A stretch of 64,000 nucleotides of DNA from Christensenellales bacterium (lineage in GTDB: Bacteria > Bacillota > Clostridia > Christensenellales > UMGS416). This document shows positions 18,032-26,752 of this stretch, in pieces. The notes under the pieces were generated by a model. The model saw only the letters and a program-made list of their open reading frames with translations. It did not search any database and was not told where the DNA came from. How positions within the stretch are numbered: position 1 is the stretch's first letter; each line of letters starts with the position of its first letter. The stretch spans positions 1,298,650-1,362,649 of the forward strand of contig JBMNEH010000001.1 of assembly GCA_050948665.1 (NCBI GenBank), given 5' to 3'. The position numbers were made by a program, and so were the translations under genes.

Positions 18032-18363
18032 CTCACACTCGGCTCCAGCTTTTCAACCAGAACTTCAACATACATCCCGCGCCCACGCACATTCTCTGCA
18101 CTGATAATGCGGTAACGCTCGTCGCCACAGACGATAAACAGTGAAGTCGTTATCTCTACGCCAGGAATCTTCCGAAAGCGAAAGAGGGCGGTCGCCTCGC
18201 TGAACGCCGCCATATTTGCCCATCGCTCGTTGCCATGGCGGTCTTCCTTGTATGCCCGGGCTGAAGCAATTACATGGTCTCCCTGAGTGACAAAGCCGTC
18301 CGCGTCCTTTACCGGGGCGGTGGAGATGATGTCAATCTGAGTGTTCATTTTCCCAAAACTCAT
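18028..18363 (-). CDS. head closure / head-tail adaptor protein (SPP1 gp16-like)
   Basis: 111 aa. Called by synteny and size. Confidence 0.6.
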   Translation of the reverse strand: MSFGKMNTQIDIISTAPVKDADGFVTQGDHVIASARAYKEDRHGNERWANMAAFSEATALFRFRKIPGVEITTSLFIVCGDERYRIISAENVRGRGMYVEVLVEKLEPSVR

Positions 18364-18364
18364 G

Positions 18365-18682
18365 TCACACCTTCCAATCCCGGTCGAGGCGAAGTAGCAA
18401 GTTCACCGTATTCCACACTTGTTGTCCAGCTTGCACATTATCGGCAAAAAAGCCACCCGTGCTGCCGTCCCGGCTTTCATAGAAGTGGGATGACAGCATA
18501 ATGACGGCTTGCTCAGTGGTGGCGGGCATAGCGTTTTCCGTGTAATAGTCCTTGGAAACGTGCTGGTAGCTTTCGGCATAGGAGACGGCGGCGATAATAT
18601 AGCTTAGAATCAGGCCGTCGTCCTCGTCGTGTGACAAAATGAGGTTCGCTTTCACTTTGGAAAGAAGGTTATCTACTGTCAT
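18365..18682 (-). CDS. gp6-like head-tail connector protein
   Basis: 105 aa. N-terminus LLSKVKANLILSHDEDDGLILSYIIAAVSYAESY is typical of the gp6-like connector family. Confidence 0.65.
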   Translation of the reverse strand: MTVDNLLSKVKANLILSHDEDDGLILSYIIAAVSYAESYQHVSKDYYTENAMPATTEQAVIMLSSHFYESRDGSTGGFFADNVQAGQQVWNTVNLLLRLDRDWKV

Positions 18683-18701
18683 GCCGTCCGTCTCCTTTTG
18701 G

Positions 18702-18923
18702 TCATTCTTCGTCTGCCGACATCAGCTCAGCGGCTTTCAATTTGGCGAGCAGGGCGTTGAAATCCGTAACCAGACCAGCTATCGTTGTAGCTTCACTGTT
18801 GGCCTGATTGGCGGCAACAGGAAGCCCCGTTATCGAGGCTCCCTGTTTAATCTCCAACGTACCGCCGATGATGGTTTTCTCACCACCCTGTTCGGTGTAG
18901 TTTTTCGTGTTATATTCGCTCAT
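18702..18923 (-). CDS. small head-associated protein (head fibre/decoration-like, hypothetical)
   Basis: 73 aa, directly downstream of the major capsid gene. Confidence 0.4.
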   Translation of the reverse strand: MSEYNTKNYTEQGGEKTIIGGTLEIKQGASITGLPVAANQANSEATTIAGLVTDFNALLAKLKAAELMSADEE

Positions 18924-18936
18924 AAATCAGTCCTCC

Positions 18937-20118
18937 TTAAGCATGCTGCTTGAGCAGCTTGATGCCTTCGGGTAGTACGGTCTTGCCGTCCACACGCTGG
19001 AAAGCGTAAAAACCGGTCTGCAGGTTGGCGATATGCAGCTCATCCGCACGACGCACGGTTCTGCCGCTGCGGTCGGCAATCCAGTAGTTCTGGAAATCAC
19101 CGAAAGCGACGGTGTATGCGTTTGCCGCAATGGTCGGAGCATACTGCGAAACGTACACGGGGAAACCGAGCAGGCGATCCGGCTGATCAGCTTGCAGGGA
19201 CGGTTGCCACATGTATACGCCGTTGCCGTCCTTCAGCTTTCGGATACCCGCGAGGGTTGCGCTGTTTAGAACGAAGATAGCGCTTTTCTTGTAGCCGTCC
19301 TTGAGGGAATAGGTGAGGTCGATGAGCTCATCCGCCTTGATATCCGTAGCGCCGGCGGTCGTTATGCCGACATCGCCGCCCTTTGATGTAAAGATGCCGG
19401 TAGGCTGTCCCTCGCCGGTCCCAACACAGAATGCCTGCTCCTCCTTCGCCGCAAAAGCAAGAGCAAAGTTGCTGACGAGATAATCTTCAAGGTCAAACAT
19501 GGAATCCTGAAGCAGTTCCTCCGAAACCAGCGCCGCCGCACGGAGAGTGTATGCATCGAGGGAGAGCTGATTGAAGGTGGGCGTGCTGGGCGTAAACACG
19601 CCGGACTCCGCCACCCAGTCGGCAGATACGTCGGTGAGCGCGATGTTAATCCTGTGAGGTGCGGCGGTGGTGATCACCTTAGAAATGGAGCGAATCACGT
19701 TCTCATGCTTCAGTGCCTTTACAAGATTTTTGTCGAACTCAATCGGAACAAGATAGCCGCCTGTGGAGGGAGTGCCTTCCTCCATGACGTTGTGAACGGG
19801 GCGCTTACCGCGCACGAGGTTCAAGAAGTCCTCGCGGTATTCGGCGGTCGCTCTGAAGTGGACAGGCTTTCCGTCCTGTGCGCCCGGTTTTGCCGTAATG
19901 GGAGAGCTGGTGGGCTGAGCCATAGCGGCATCTCTTGCCACGCGGTCTTCCTCAATGGCAATCTGACGCGCCATCGAGTCCACATCCGCCAGCATCTTGT
20001 CGTAGGTCGCGTTGTCTTCGGCCGAGAGGACGCCGTCCTTGGCGCGGGTGTCAAGGAACGCCTTTGCCGCATCCCATGCCTTTGCGCGTTTTTCACGCAT
20101 TTCAAGTACCTTTTTCAT
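18937..20118 (-). CDS. major capsid protein, HK97 family
   Basis: 393 aa from the ATG at 20118 (the track start at 20124 is TTG). GGAGGT SD 8 nt upstream. Has an N-terminal delta-domain coiled coil and follows the protease gene. Confidence 0.9.
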   Translation of the reverse strand: MKKVLEMREKRAKAWDAAKAFLDTRAKDGVLSAEDNATYDKMLADVDSMARQIAIEEDRVARDAAMAQPTSSPITAKPGAQDGKPVHFRATAEYREDFLNLVRGKRPVHNVMEEGTPSTGGYLVPIEFDKNLVKALKHENVIRSISKVITTAAPHRINIALTDVSADWVAESGVFTPSTPTFNQLSLDAYTLRAAALVSEELLQDSMFDLEDYLVSNFALAFAAKEEQAFCVGTGEGQPTGIFTSKGGDVGITTAGATDIKADELIDLTYSLKDGYKKSAIFVLNSATLAGIRKLKDGNGVYMWQPSLQADQPDRLLGFPVYVSQYAPTIAANAYTVAFGDFQNYWIADRSGRTVRRADELHIANLQTGFYAFQRVDGKTVLPEGIKLLKQHA

Positions 20119-20133
20119 AATCAAATACCTCCG

Positions 20134-20913
20134 TTAAATGTATTTACGGGCTTGCAGTTTCTGCATAGCCGCATCGACGGAAACGCCAACAGGCGCATCC
20201 TGCTTCTTTTGCTCCTGCTTCGGAGCTGATTTCGAGATGAGCTTGTTCATAAGCGAATTAGTAACCGCCCTGCGGCTGAACGCAAAGACCTCATCCTCGG
20301 TATGACCGCGCTTGGTGTCCGTGAGAACGCCATCCACAAAGCCCAGCTCGATAGCCTTGTTGGCGTTCATCCAGGTTTCACCGTCCATGAGATGGGAGAT
20401 TTTCGCTCTCGATTGCCCGGTCTTAATTTCATAAGCGTTGATGATAGATTCCTTAACCTCGTCCAGCATTGCGATGGCTTTCTGCATTTCCTCGGTATCG
20501 CCGATAGCGATTGACATCGGATTGTGAATCATCAGCAGTGCCGTTGGTGCCATGAGCACTTCGGTACCCGCCATTGCGATGACCGAAGCGGCACTCGCCG
20601 CCAGACCGTCGATTTTTACGGTGACATTGCCTGTGTAGTCCATGAGCATGGTGTAAATCTGTGAAGCCGCCACGCAGTCTCCGCCGGGAGAGTTGATCCA
20701 AACGACGATATCTCCGCTGCCGGAAAACAGCTCATCCTTGAACATCCGGGGTGTGATTTCATCTCCCCACCAGCTCTCATCCGCAATGGTGCCATCAAGG
20801 AAAAGGGTGCGGATTCCCAATTCCTCGTCATTGTCCCAGTTCCAGAAATGCGTTTTGTCATGCGCCCTGACGGTGACTTTTCCTGGGCCTTGTGCCCGAT
20901 TTGTTTTGTCCAT
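20134..20913 (-). CDS. ClpP-like (S14) head maturation protease
   Basis: INSPGGDCVAASQIYTMLMDY and MAGTEVLMAP motifs. I prefer the ATG at 20913 (GGAGGAAATCCCAG ATG) over the track start at 20964. Confidence 0.85.
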   Translation of the reverse strand: MDKTNRAQGPGKVTVRAHDKTHFWNWDNDEELGIRTLFLDGTIADESWWGDEITPRMFKDELFSGSGDIVVWINSPGGDCVAASQIYTMLMDYTGNVTVKIDGLAASAASVIAMAGTEVLMAPTALLMIHNPMSIAIGDTEEMQKAIAMLDEVKESIINAYEIKTGQSRAKISHLMDGETWMNANKAIELGFVDGVLTDTKRGHTEDEVFAFSRRAVTNSLMNKLISKSAPKQEQKKQDAPVGVSVDAAMQKLQARKYI

Positions 20914-22174
20914 CTGGGATTTCCTCCGTTTCTGTTGTAGTTGTATTTGCGAATGCGCCGGCATCCTGTAATTTAGTCATCGCGCCGTTAATAAGGTAAA
21001 GGTCACCGCCAAGCTCCTCCGGTATCCGGTCAAGGTTTTCAAGCTGCCTGATATCGTTGGCGCTCATCCAGCCGTTCTGCCGTGCGGTCGCGTAGCCCGT
21101 CATGCGGCTCTGATAGTCACCGCGCAAAAGCCCGTCCACATTAAACTTGGTGAACACATCACGCTTTTCACTTTCGAGCAGGAGCGACTTGTTCATCGCT
21201 TGTTCCCAGCGGATGACCCACGGGTCGAGGGTATATTTCACAAACTCCAGCGACTGCTGTTCAATGTTGGAGAACGAGGATTTCTCCAAATCCGCCAGCA
21301 TATGCGGAGGCACTCGGAAGATACGGGCGATTTCATTGATCTGAAATTTCCGTGTCTCCAAAAACTGCGCCTGCTCGGGTGATATGGCGATGGGTGTATA
21401 TTTGAGTCCTTCTTCAAGTACAGCAATTTTGTTGCTGTTGGCGCTGCCTCCAAAGGTGGATTGCCAGCTTTCTCTGATGCGCTCCGGGTCTTTTAATGTG
21501 CCGGGGTGTTCGAGAACCCCGCCTGGTGCGGCACCGTTGGCGAAGAATTTCGCACCATATTCCTCTGCGGCGATGGCAAGCCCCACGGCATTTTTTGCCA
21601 TTGCAATGGGTGAATAGCCGACCAGCCCGTCAAAGCCCAAGCCGAGAATGTGTAATACATCGCTCGGCGCGAGGATAATATCATGTGGCTTATTCTTGCT
21701 GACCTCCGGGGCATCGTCGCTGCTTTTTCTGTAGCGGTAATACAACCGTCCCTGTGAATCCCGGTCAACCGTCATGCGGTCGGGCATGAGAGGATACAGC
21801 GCCACAACATCGCCACGGGCGTTTCGGATAATCTGTGCATAGGCGTTACCCGTCAGCAGCAGATGGTTCATCATGGTCTCCCGGAATACAAACGATGTCA
21901 TCTCCGGGTTTGGCTCGTCATGCAGTACACGCCAGAGCGGGTGGTCGAGATATTTGTCTTTGCTGCCGTCTTCGCCGTATTTGTAGACGAAAAGTGGCAA
22001 GCCCGCGATTGCTTCAGATAAGATGCGGACACAGGAGTAAACCGCAGTCATCTGCATGGCTGTTTTCTCATTGACAACCTTGCCGGAGGACGAACCGCCC
22101 CATAAAAAGCTGGTACCGCCGCCAAGATTTTTAGGCTTGTCGCGGGCTTTGAATATTCCCTTAAAGATGTTCAT
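20858..22174 (-). CDS. portal protein, HK97 family
   Basis: 438 aa from the ATG at 22174 (GGAGGGTACTGCCT ATG), 17 nt after the terL stop. The 38-codon track extension overlaps terL and has no SD. Confidence 0.9.
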   Translation of the reverse strand: MNIFKGIFKARDKPKNLGGGTSFLWGGSSSGKVVNEKTAMQMTAVYSCVRILSEAIAGLPLFVYKYGEDGSKDKYLDHPLWRVLHDEPNPEMTSFVFRETMMNHLLLTGNAYAQIIRNARGDVVALYPLMPDRMTVDRDSQGRLYYRYRKSSDDAPEVSKNKPHDIILAPSDVLHILGLGFDGLVGYSPIAMAKNAVGLAIAAEEYGAKFFANGAAPGGVLEHPGTLKDPERIRESWQSTFGGSANSNKIAVLEEGLKYTPIAISPEQAQFLETRKFQINEIARIFRVPPHMLADLEKSSFSNIEQQSLEFVKYTLDPWVIRWEQAMNKSLLLESEKRDVFTKFNVDGLLRGDYQSRMTGYATARQNGWMSANDIRQLENLDRIPEELGGDLYLINGAMTKLQDAGAFANTTTTETEEIPDGQNKSGTRPRKSHRQGA

Positions 22175-22190
22175 AGGCAGTACCCTCCAA

Positions 22191-23792
22191 TCAAAAAACG
22201 AGCAGTCCGCGTGTGTTGTACACGCTTTCGCCCGTATCGTTACCGCACCGAATCGCCCGGTCGAGCGCCATGATGGTGGCGACTGCACCGTCGATTTTCT
22301 CGGTGGATTTTTCTTTATCTGCTTTGATGTTGCCGGCAGGGTCGGTGCGGATGAAGATGTTATCCAGCATCCAGCGCAATACCGGGTGACCGCCGTGGGC
22401 GATTTTCTCCTCTAGTGTCAGCTTCATCAGCTCTTTGGTCGGAGGAGACATATCCTTAAAACCCTGACCAAAAGGTATGACGGAAAAGCCGAGCGCTTCG
22501 AGATTTTGCGTCATTTGGACAGCTCCCCAGCGGTCGAAGGCAATCTCGCGGATGTTGTATTTCTCGCCGAGGGTTTCGATGAACTGCTCGATGTAGCCGT
22601 AATGCACTACGTTGCCTTCGGTGGTCTGCAGAAAGCCCTGTTTATTCCAGAGATCGTAATTCACATGATCGCGCCGAACACGCAGGTCGATGTTGTCCTC
22701 CGGTATCCAGAAGTACGGCAGAACGCAGTATTTATCATCCTCGTCGGCAGGAGGAAACACCAGCACAAAGGCGGTAATATCGGTGGAGGAAGAAAGGTCC
22801 AGTCCTCCATAACAGACACGCCCTTCAAGCGACTTTTCATCCACGGGGAACGCACAAGCATCCCATTTATCCATCGGCATCCAGCGCACGGCTTGCTTCA
22901 CCCATTGGTTCAGCCGGAGTTGTCGAAAACTATTCTCCTCAGCAGGATTCTGACGGGCAGACTCGAATGCAGCCTTTACTTTATCCATGCCGACCGTGAT
23001 GCCAAGCGAGGGGTTAGCCTTCTTCCACACCTTGGGGTCCGTCCAGTCATCTTCCTGCGCCGCACCATAAATAACCGGATAGAAGGTGGGGTCACGCTTT
23101 CTGCCGTCGATAATATCCAGTGCCTTCTGATGAACCTCCCAGCAGATGCTGTTCTGGTTATCCCCGGCTGTGGTGATTAAAAAATACAGCGGCTGCATTC
23201 TCGCATCGCCGCTGCCCTTGGTCATGACATCGTATAGCTTTCGGTTTGGCTGGGTGTGTAGCTCGTCAAATACCACACCATGGGTATTAAAACCGTGCTT
23301 GTTGCCGACATCAGCGGACAGCACTTGATAGATGCTCCCGGTCGGCTGATAGATGAGTCGCTTGGTAGCGTCCAGTATTTTGACGCGTTTGGAGAGCGCC
23401 GGACACATTCGCACCATATCCGCCGCCACATTGAAAACGATGGATGCCTGATTTCGGTCGGCAGCGCAGCCGTAAACCTCGGCGCGTTCCTCGTTATCCC
23501 CACAGGTGAGCAAGAGAGCTACGGCTGCCGCAAGCTCGGACTTGCCCATCTTTTTCGGGATTTCCACATAGGCGGTGTTGAATTGTCGGTAGCCGTTAGG
23601 CTTCAGAGTTCCGAACACATCGCGGATAATCTGCTCCTGCCAGTCGATGAGGTCAAACGGCTTTCCGGCCCAAGTGCCTTTGGTATGGGCAAGGGCTTCG
23701 ACAAAAGCCACGGCATAGTCGGCGGCGGCTTTGTCATAAACCGAATCAGACGCTTTAAACTTCGTTGGCGTATACCTTTTCAGTTTTCTCAA
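22191..23792 (-). CDS. terL: terminase large subunit
   Basis: 533 aa, TTG start after GGAGG. WAGKPFDLIDWQEQIIRDVFG and the ATPase/nuclease layout are typical of the Terminase_1 family. Confidence 0.9.
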   Translation of the reverse strand: MRKLKRYTPTKFKASDSVYDKAAADYAVAFVEALAHTKGTWAGKPFDLIDWQEQIIRDVFGTLKPNGYRQFNTAYVEIPKKMGKSELAAAVALLLTCGDNEERAEVYGCAADRNQASIVFNVAADMVRMCPALSKRVKILDATKRLIYQPTGSIYQVLSADVGNKHGFNTHGVVFDELHTQPNRKLYDVMTKGSGDARMQPLYFLITTAGDNQNSICWEVHQKALDIIDGRKRDPTFYPVIYGAAQEDDWTDPKVWKKANPSLGITVGMDKVKAAFESARQNPAEENSFRQLRLNQWVKQAVRWMPMDKWDACAFPVDEKSLEGRVCYGGLDLSSSTDITAFVLVFPPADEDDKYCVLPYFWIPEDNIDLRVRRDHVNYDLWNKQGFLQTTEGNVVHYGYIEQFIETLGEKYNIREIAFDRWGAVQMTQNLEALGFSVIPFGQGFKDMSPPTKELMKLTLEEKIAHGGHPVLRWMLDNIFIRTDPAGNIKADKEKSTEKIDGAVATIMALDRAIRCGNDTGESVYNTRGLLVF

Positions 23793-23813
23793 TCGCTCCG
23801 CCTCCTTCCGGGC

Positions 23814-23838
23814 ATAAAAACAGACACCCCTCGGTGCC
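23814..23838 (-). terminator. terminator-like hairpin 20 nt upstream of terL
   Basis: Minus strand GGCACC-GAGG-GGTGTC (6-bp stem, one G-U pair) followed by TGTTTTTAT. A second 7-bp hairpin lies at 23863..23882. Confidence 0.35.
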
Positions 23839-23902
23839 TTTAATACTCTATGTATACGAGATACAGCCCCGTCGAGGGCTGTTCCCGGCTGCTGTGCTGG
23901 GC

Positions 23903-24082
23903 TTAGAACTTTTCGAGGCTGAAGTTTCCGTCCGCGTCGAAGTGTACCTTGTAGCGCGTTTCCATGCCGTTGACCTTCTTGGAAACCAGGCGTATGCCGC
24001 CTTCAAAGGCGCTGTAGGCGCGATCGAAGCGCTCGCCCTGCGGTAGCTGGTCTTTGGCTTGCTTAAGCTGCTTGTCTGTCAT
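23903..24082 (-). CDS. hypothetical small protein (59 aa, below the ORF-track cutoff)
   Basis: Hand translation: MTDKQLKQAKDQLPQGERFDRAYSAFEGGIRLVSKKVNGMETRYKVHFDADGNFSLEKF. Strong AAGGAGGAATACACC ATG. Confidence 0.6.
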   Translation of the reverse strand: MTDKQLKQAKDQLPQGERFDRAYSAFEGGIRLVSKKVNGMETRYKVHFDADGNFSLEKF

Positions 24083-24131
24083 GGTGTATTCCTCCTTCGT
24101 TTTGTTAGTGTATTAATCACTCTAAACGAAG

Positions 24132-24146
24132 ATTATAGCAAGTCAT
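24132..24146 (-). promoter_or_regulatory. promoter-like element (extended -10 TGCTATAAT)
   Basis: The minus strand reads ATGACTTGCTATAAT, about 50 nt upstream of the ATG at 24082. A shared leader box ATTAATCACTCTAAAC (24112..24127) is repeated at 25455..25470. Confidence 0.5.
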
Positions 24147-24167
24147 ATCTTCGAAAAAACTACACAA

Positions 24168-24350
24168 TTATTTACTTGTCTCGCCGGTGAGGATGAATTG
24201 AGCGTATTCGCGGCGGTGCTTCTCAAGGAACACGACCAGCTCGTAGAAACCCATGTCATTTGCGATGCATTGAACCGCGTAGACATCGAACATATTTGTC
24301 AGCCCGGTTTCGCGGATAGCGAGAATCTGATCTTTCACCTTATCTTCCAT
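24168..24350 (-). CDS. DUF5049-like small protein
   Basis: 60 aa from the ATG at 24350 (GGAGGG SD). ILAIRETGLTNMFDVYAVQCIANDMGFYELVVFL resembles DUF5049 (from memory). Confidence 0.55.
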   Translation of the reverse strand: MEDKVKDQILAIRETGLTNMFDVYAVQCIANDMGFYELVVFLEKHRREYAQFILTGETSK

Positions 24351-24585
24351 CGTCAGCGCCCTCCAGCTTTCGACATAAATCCTCGCCATAGACTACTTGA
24401 AGTGAACTGCCGTTGTCCCACGCAACACCCAAGCTGCCGATGTCATCGACATACCGCACGGTGCCTTTTGTGCCAACCGGTGGCGCTTGGGGGTCATCCA
24501 TTCGGACAAGCTCTACACGGCAGCCGACCGGGTACTCTGTACGGATGCGCCTGACCGCTTCTCTTGAAGGGAAATTATTGTTCAT
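24340..24585 (-). CDS. DUF4314-like small protein
   Basis: 81 aa. GCRVELVRMDDPQAPPVGTKGTVRYVDDIGSLGVAWDNGSSL resembles DUF4314 (from memory). Confidence 0.55.
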   Translation of the reverse strand: MNNNFPSREAVRRIRTEYPVGCRVELVRMDDPQAPPVGTKGTVRYVDDIGSLGVAWDNGSSLQVVYGEDLCRKLEGADDGR

Positions 24586-25423
24586 CGCCGGTTACCTCTC
24601 TTTTCAGAGTTTTAAATGCTGAACTGCCTGTCAGGTTGCGGAGCAGAACTTTGCGTTCGTCCTTGTATGCCGCTCCAATGAAGCCCAGCCGCAGAAGAAA
24701 GCAGCGGAAAGCGTATTTATCGTTGTCCGTTTCTTTTTCCCTGGAGGTGACTCGTTTCTGTACCCGAGCCATTTCACAAAGGGCAGCAACAAAATGCGTA
24801 TATGCCTTGACAGAGTCTGGGTCGGTGCCATCCTCAAACCAGGGGAATTTCACCTTATCATCTGTTATTTCAAGTTCGAGCGTTTCCGTGCCGAGAGCCT
24901 TTTTAATAAGGTTACTCTTGCTTTCGACCAGTCGCTTGAGGTTATCAAGCGCCGTGTCGGTGAAGGAGGAGCGCGGCATTTCAATCACCAGTCCGATGTC
25001 CTCATCGATTTCCGGAACGTCACTTGCCTGCATCCCGTTTTCACCCTGGAAATCCTCACGGCGGGTACGCCCAAGCCCCATCTCCTCGCGCCCGTCCATC
25101 CGCAAATCTTCGAAGGCGGGAGTCCATTCCAATTCTTCAGGGATTTCCAGCGCCCCCATGCCGCCAAGTCCGCTCTCGTAGGTGTCGGGCTCGTCGTAGT
25201 GGCGGCTGCCGCCGTCTGCATCAAAGCCCGCTTGATGGAGGGCGTCCTCCAGGTCGAGGTTATCAGGACCGGTGAGTGTGCCGTCTTTGTCAATGTGATA
25301 GCCGCCCACCTCATAGGCGAAGGTTGGCGCTCCGAGGTATTTTGTTGGGGCGTCAAGCGCCGTGCTGATTGCTCCCACCAGTGATTTGCGTTCGCTTCCT
25401 GTTACATTGTATTTGAGTTCCAT
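24575..25423 (-). CDS. conserved MGE protein of unknown function (often annotated virulence-related)
   Basis: 282 aa. N-terminus MELKYNVTGSERKSLVGAISTALDAPTKYLGAPTFAYEVGGYHIDKDGTLTG recalls proteins from Firmicutes ICE/phage early regions. No catalytic motif seen. Confidence 0.45.
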   Translation of the reverse strand: MELKYNVTGSERKSLVGAISTALDAPTKYLGAPTFAYEVGGYHIDKDGTLTGPDNLDLEDALHQAGFDADGGSRHYDEPDTYESGLGGMGALEIPEELEWTPAFEDLRMDGREEMGLGRTRREDFQGENGMQASDVPEIDEDIGLVIEMPRSSFTDTALDNLKRLVESKSNLIKKALGTETLELEITDDKVKFPWFEDGTDPDSVKAYTHFVAALCEMARVQKRVTSREKETDNDKYAFRCFLLRLGFIGAAYKDERKVLLRNLTGSSAFKTLKREVTGDEQ

Positions 25424-25474
25424 TTTTTAACCGCCTTTCATTTTTCGGTACTACATTAATCACTCTAAACCGCT

Positions 25475-25489
25475 TATATAGCAAGTCAT
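25475..25489 (-). promoter_or_regulatory. promoter-like element (extended -10 TGCTATATA)
   Basis: The minus strand reads ATGACTTGCTATATA, about 50 nt upstream of the ATG at 25423. Confidence 0.45.
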
Positions 25490-25519
25490 TTCAAGCGATT
25501 ACTGTATAGAATAAAGCGG

Positions 25520-26752
25520 TTATTTATCCGCAGCCACCTCCGCATAGGAGTAGACCAGACCATCGCGCTGGACGGAAACTTTATCTGCTGATCCGACCTG
25601 TTCGATATACCGTTTTACAATAACGTCGCAGTATTTTTCATCCAGTTCGATGGTGAAACAAATCCTGTCAGATTGCTCACAGGCGATGAGCGTAGAACCA
25701 CTGCCGCCGAAAGGATCGAGTACGATACAGTTTGTCAGGCTGCTGTTCATAATAGGATACGCCAGTAGCGCAATCGGCTTCATGGTGGGATGGTCGGCGT
25801 TTTTCTTCGGTTTTTCAAACTCCCAGATGGTGGTCTGCTTGCGGTCTGTATACCAGTTGTGCTTGCCCTTTTTCTTCCAGCCGAACAGAACCGGCTCGTG
25901 CTGCCATTGGTACGGAGAACGCCCAAGCACCAATGACGGCTTCTTCCAGATGCAGCACCCGGAAAGCTGGAAGCCCGCATCTGAGAATGCCTTGCGGAAA
26001 TTCAGCCCTTCGGTGTCGGCATGGAATACATAAATAGAAGCGTCTTGTGCCATCGCCGCTTCGGTACTCGTAAACGCCGCAAGCAGGAAGTTATAAAACG
26101 CTTCATTACCCATATTATCGTTTTTGATTTTTCCTGCCGCACCCTCGTAGTTGACATTGTATGGCGGGTCGGTCACCACCAGATTTGCCAGTTTCCCATC
26201 CATCAAAGCGGTAAAGGTTTCGGCTTTGGTGGAATCGCCGCAGACCAGCCTGTGCCGGCCGAGCAGCCACACATCGCCTGGCTTGGTGACGGCCAGCTTT
26301 TGCAACTCCGCATCCACATCGAAGTCGTCGTCTTTAATGCCATCCTTAAGCGAATCCTTGAAAAGGTCATCAATTTCGCCGGGGTCGAAACCAGTGAGCG
26401 ATACATCAAAGTCTGCACCCTGCAAATCTGCAATGAGCAGTGCCAGCTTATCTTTGTCCCAGTCACCGCTGATTTTATTGAGCGCGACATTGAGCGCCTT
26501 TTCCTTTTCGGCATCCATCTCGACTACCACGCACTCAACTTCGGTGATGCCCATATCAAGCAGGACCTTTAAACGCTGATGACCACCTACAACATGAGAG
26601 GTGGTCTTATTCCATATAACGGGTTCGACATATCCGAATTCTTCAAGAGAGCGTTTCAACTTTTCATATTCCGGGTCGCCCGGCTTGAGGTCTCTTCTGG
26701 GATTATAGTCGGCGGGGATGAGCCGATCAGTTGGAATCTTTTCTATCAGCAT
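25520..26752 (-). CDS. ParB-like nuclease domain fused to DNA methyltransferase (DPPY type, beta class)
   Basis: 410 aa. N-terminal ParBc (YNPRRD...GGHQRLKVL). Motif IV VVTDPPYNVNY precedes motif I LDPFGGSGSTLIACE. Confidence 0.85.
   Translation of the reverse strand: MLIEKIPTDRLIPADYNPRRDLKPGDPEYEKLKRSLEEFGYVEPVIWNKTTSHVVGGHQRLKVLLDMGITEVECVVVEMDAEKEKALNVALNKISGDWDKDKLALLIADLQGADFDVSLTGFDPGEIDDLFKDSLKDGIKDDDFDVDAELQKLAVTKPGDVWLLGRHRLVCGDSTKAETFTALMDGKLANLVVTDPPYNVNYEGAAGKIKNDNMGNEAFYNFLLAAFTSTEAAMAQDASIYVFHADTEGLNFRKAFSDAGFQLSGCCIWKKPSLVLGRSPYQWQHEPVLFGWKKKGKHNWYTDRKQTTIWEFEKPKKNADHPTMKPIALLAYPIMNSSLTNCIVLDPFGGSGSTLIACEQSDRICFTIELDEKYCDVIVKRYIEQVGSADKVSVQRDGLVYSYAEVAADK

Noticed and set aside
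20858-22288. Longer track starts for portal (22288), protease (20964), primase (35368), polA (38814), SNF2 (32522), VRR-NUC (32943) and metK (27977)
   Set aside because: The N-terminal extensions overlap the upstream genes, lack Shine-Dalgarno sequences and look non-protein-like. Internal ATGs with GGAGG-type SDs sit at the expected gene junctions.
22506-23180. 224-aa plus-strand ORF
   Set aside because: It is antisense to terL, with no independent support.
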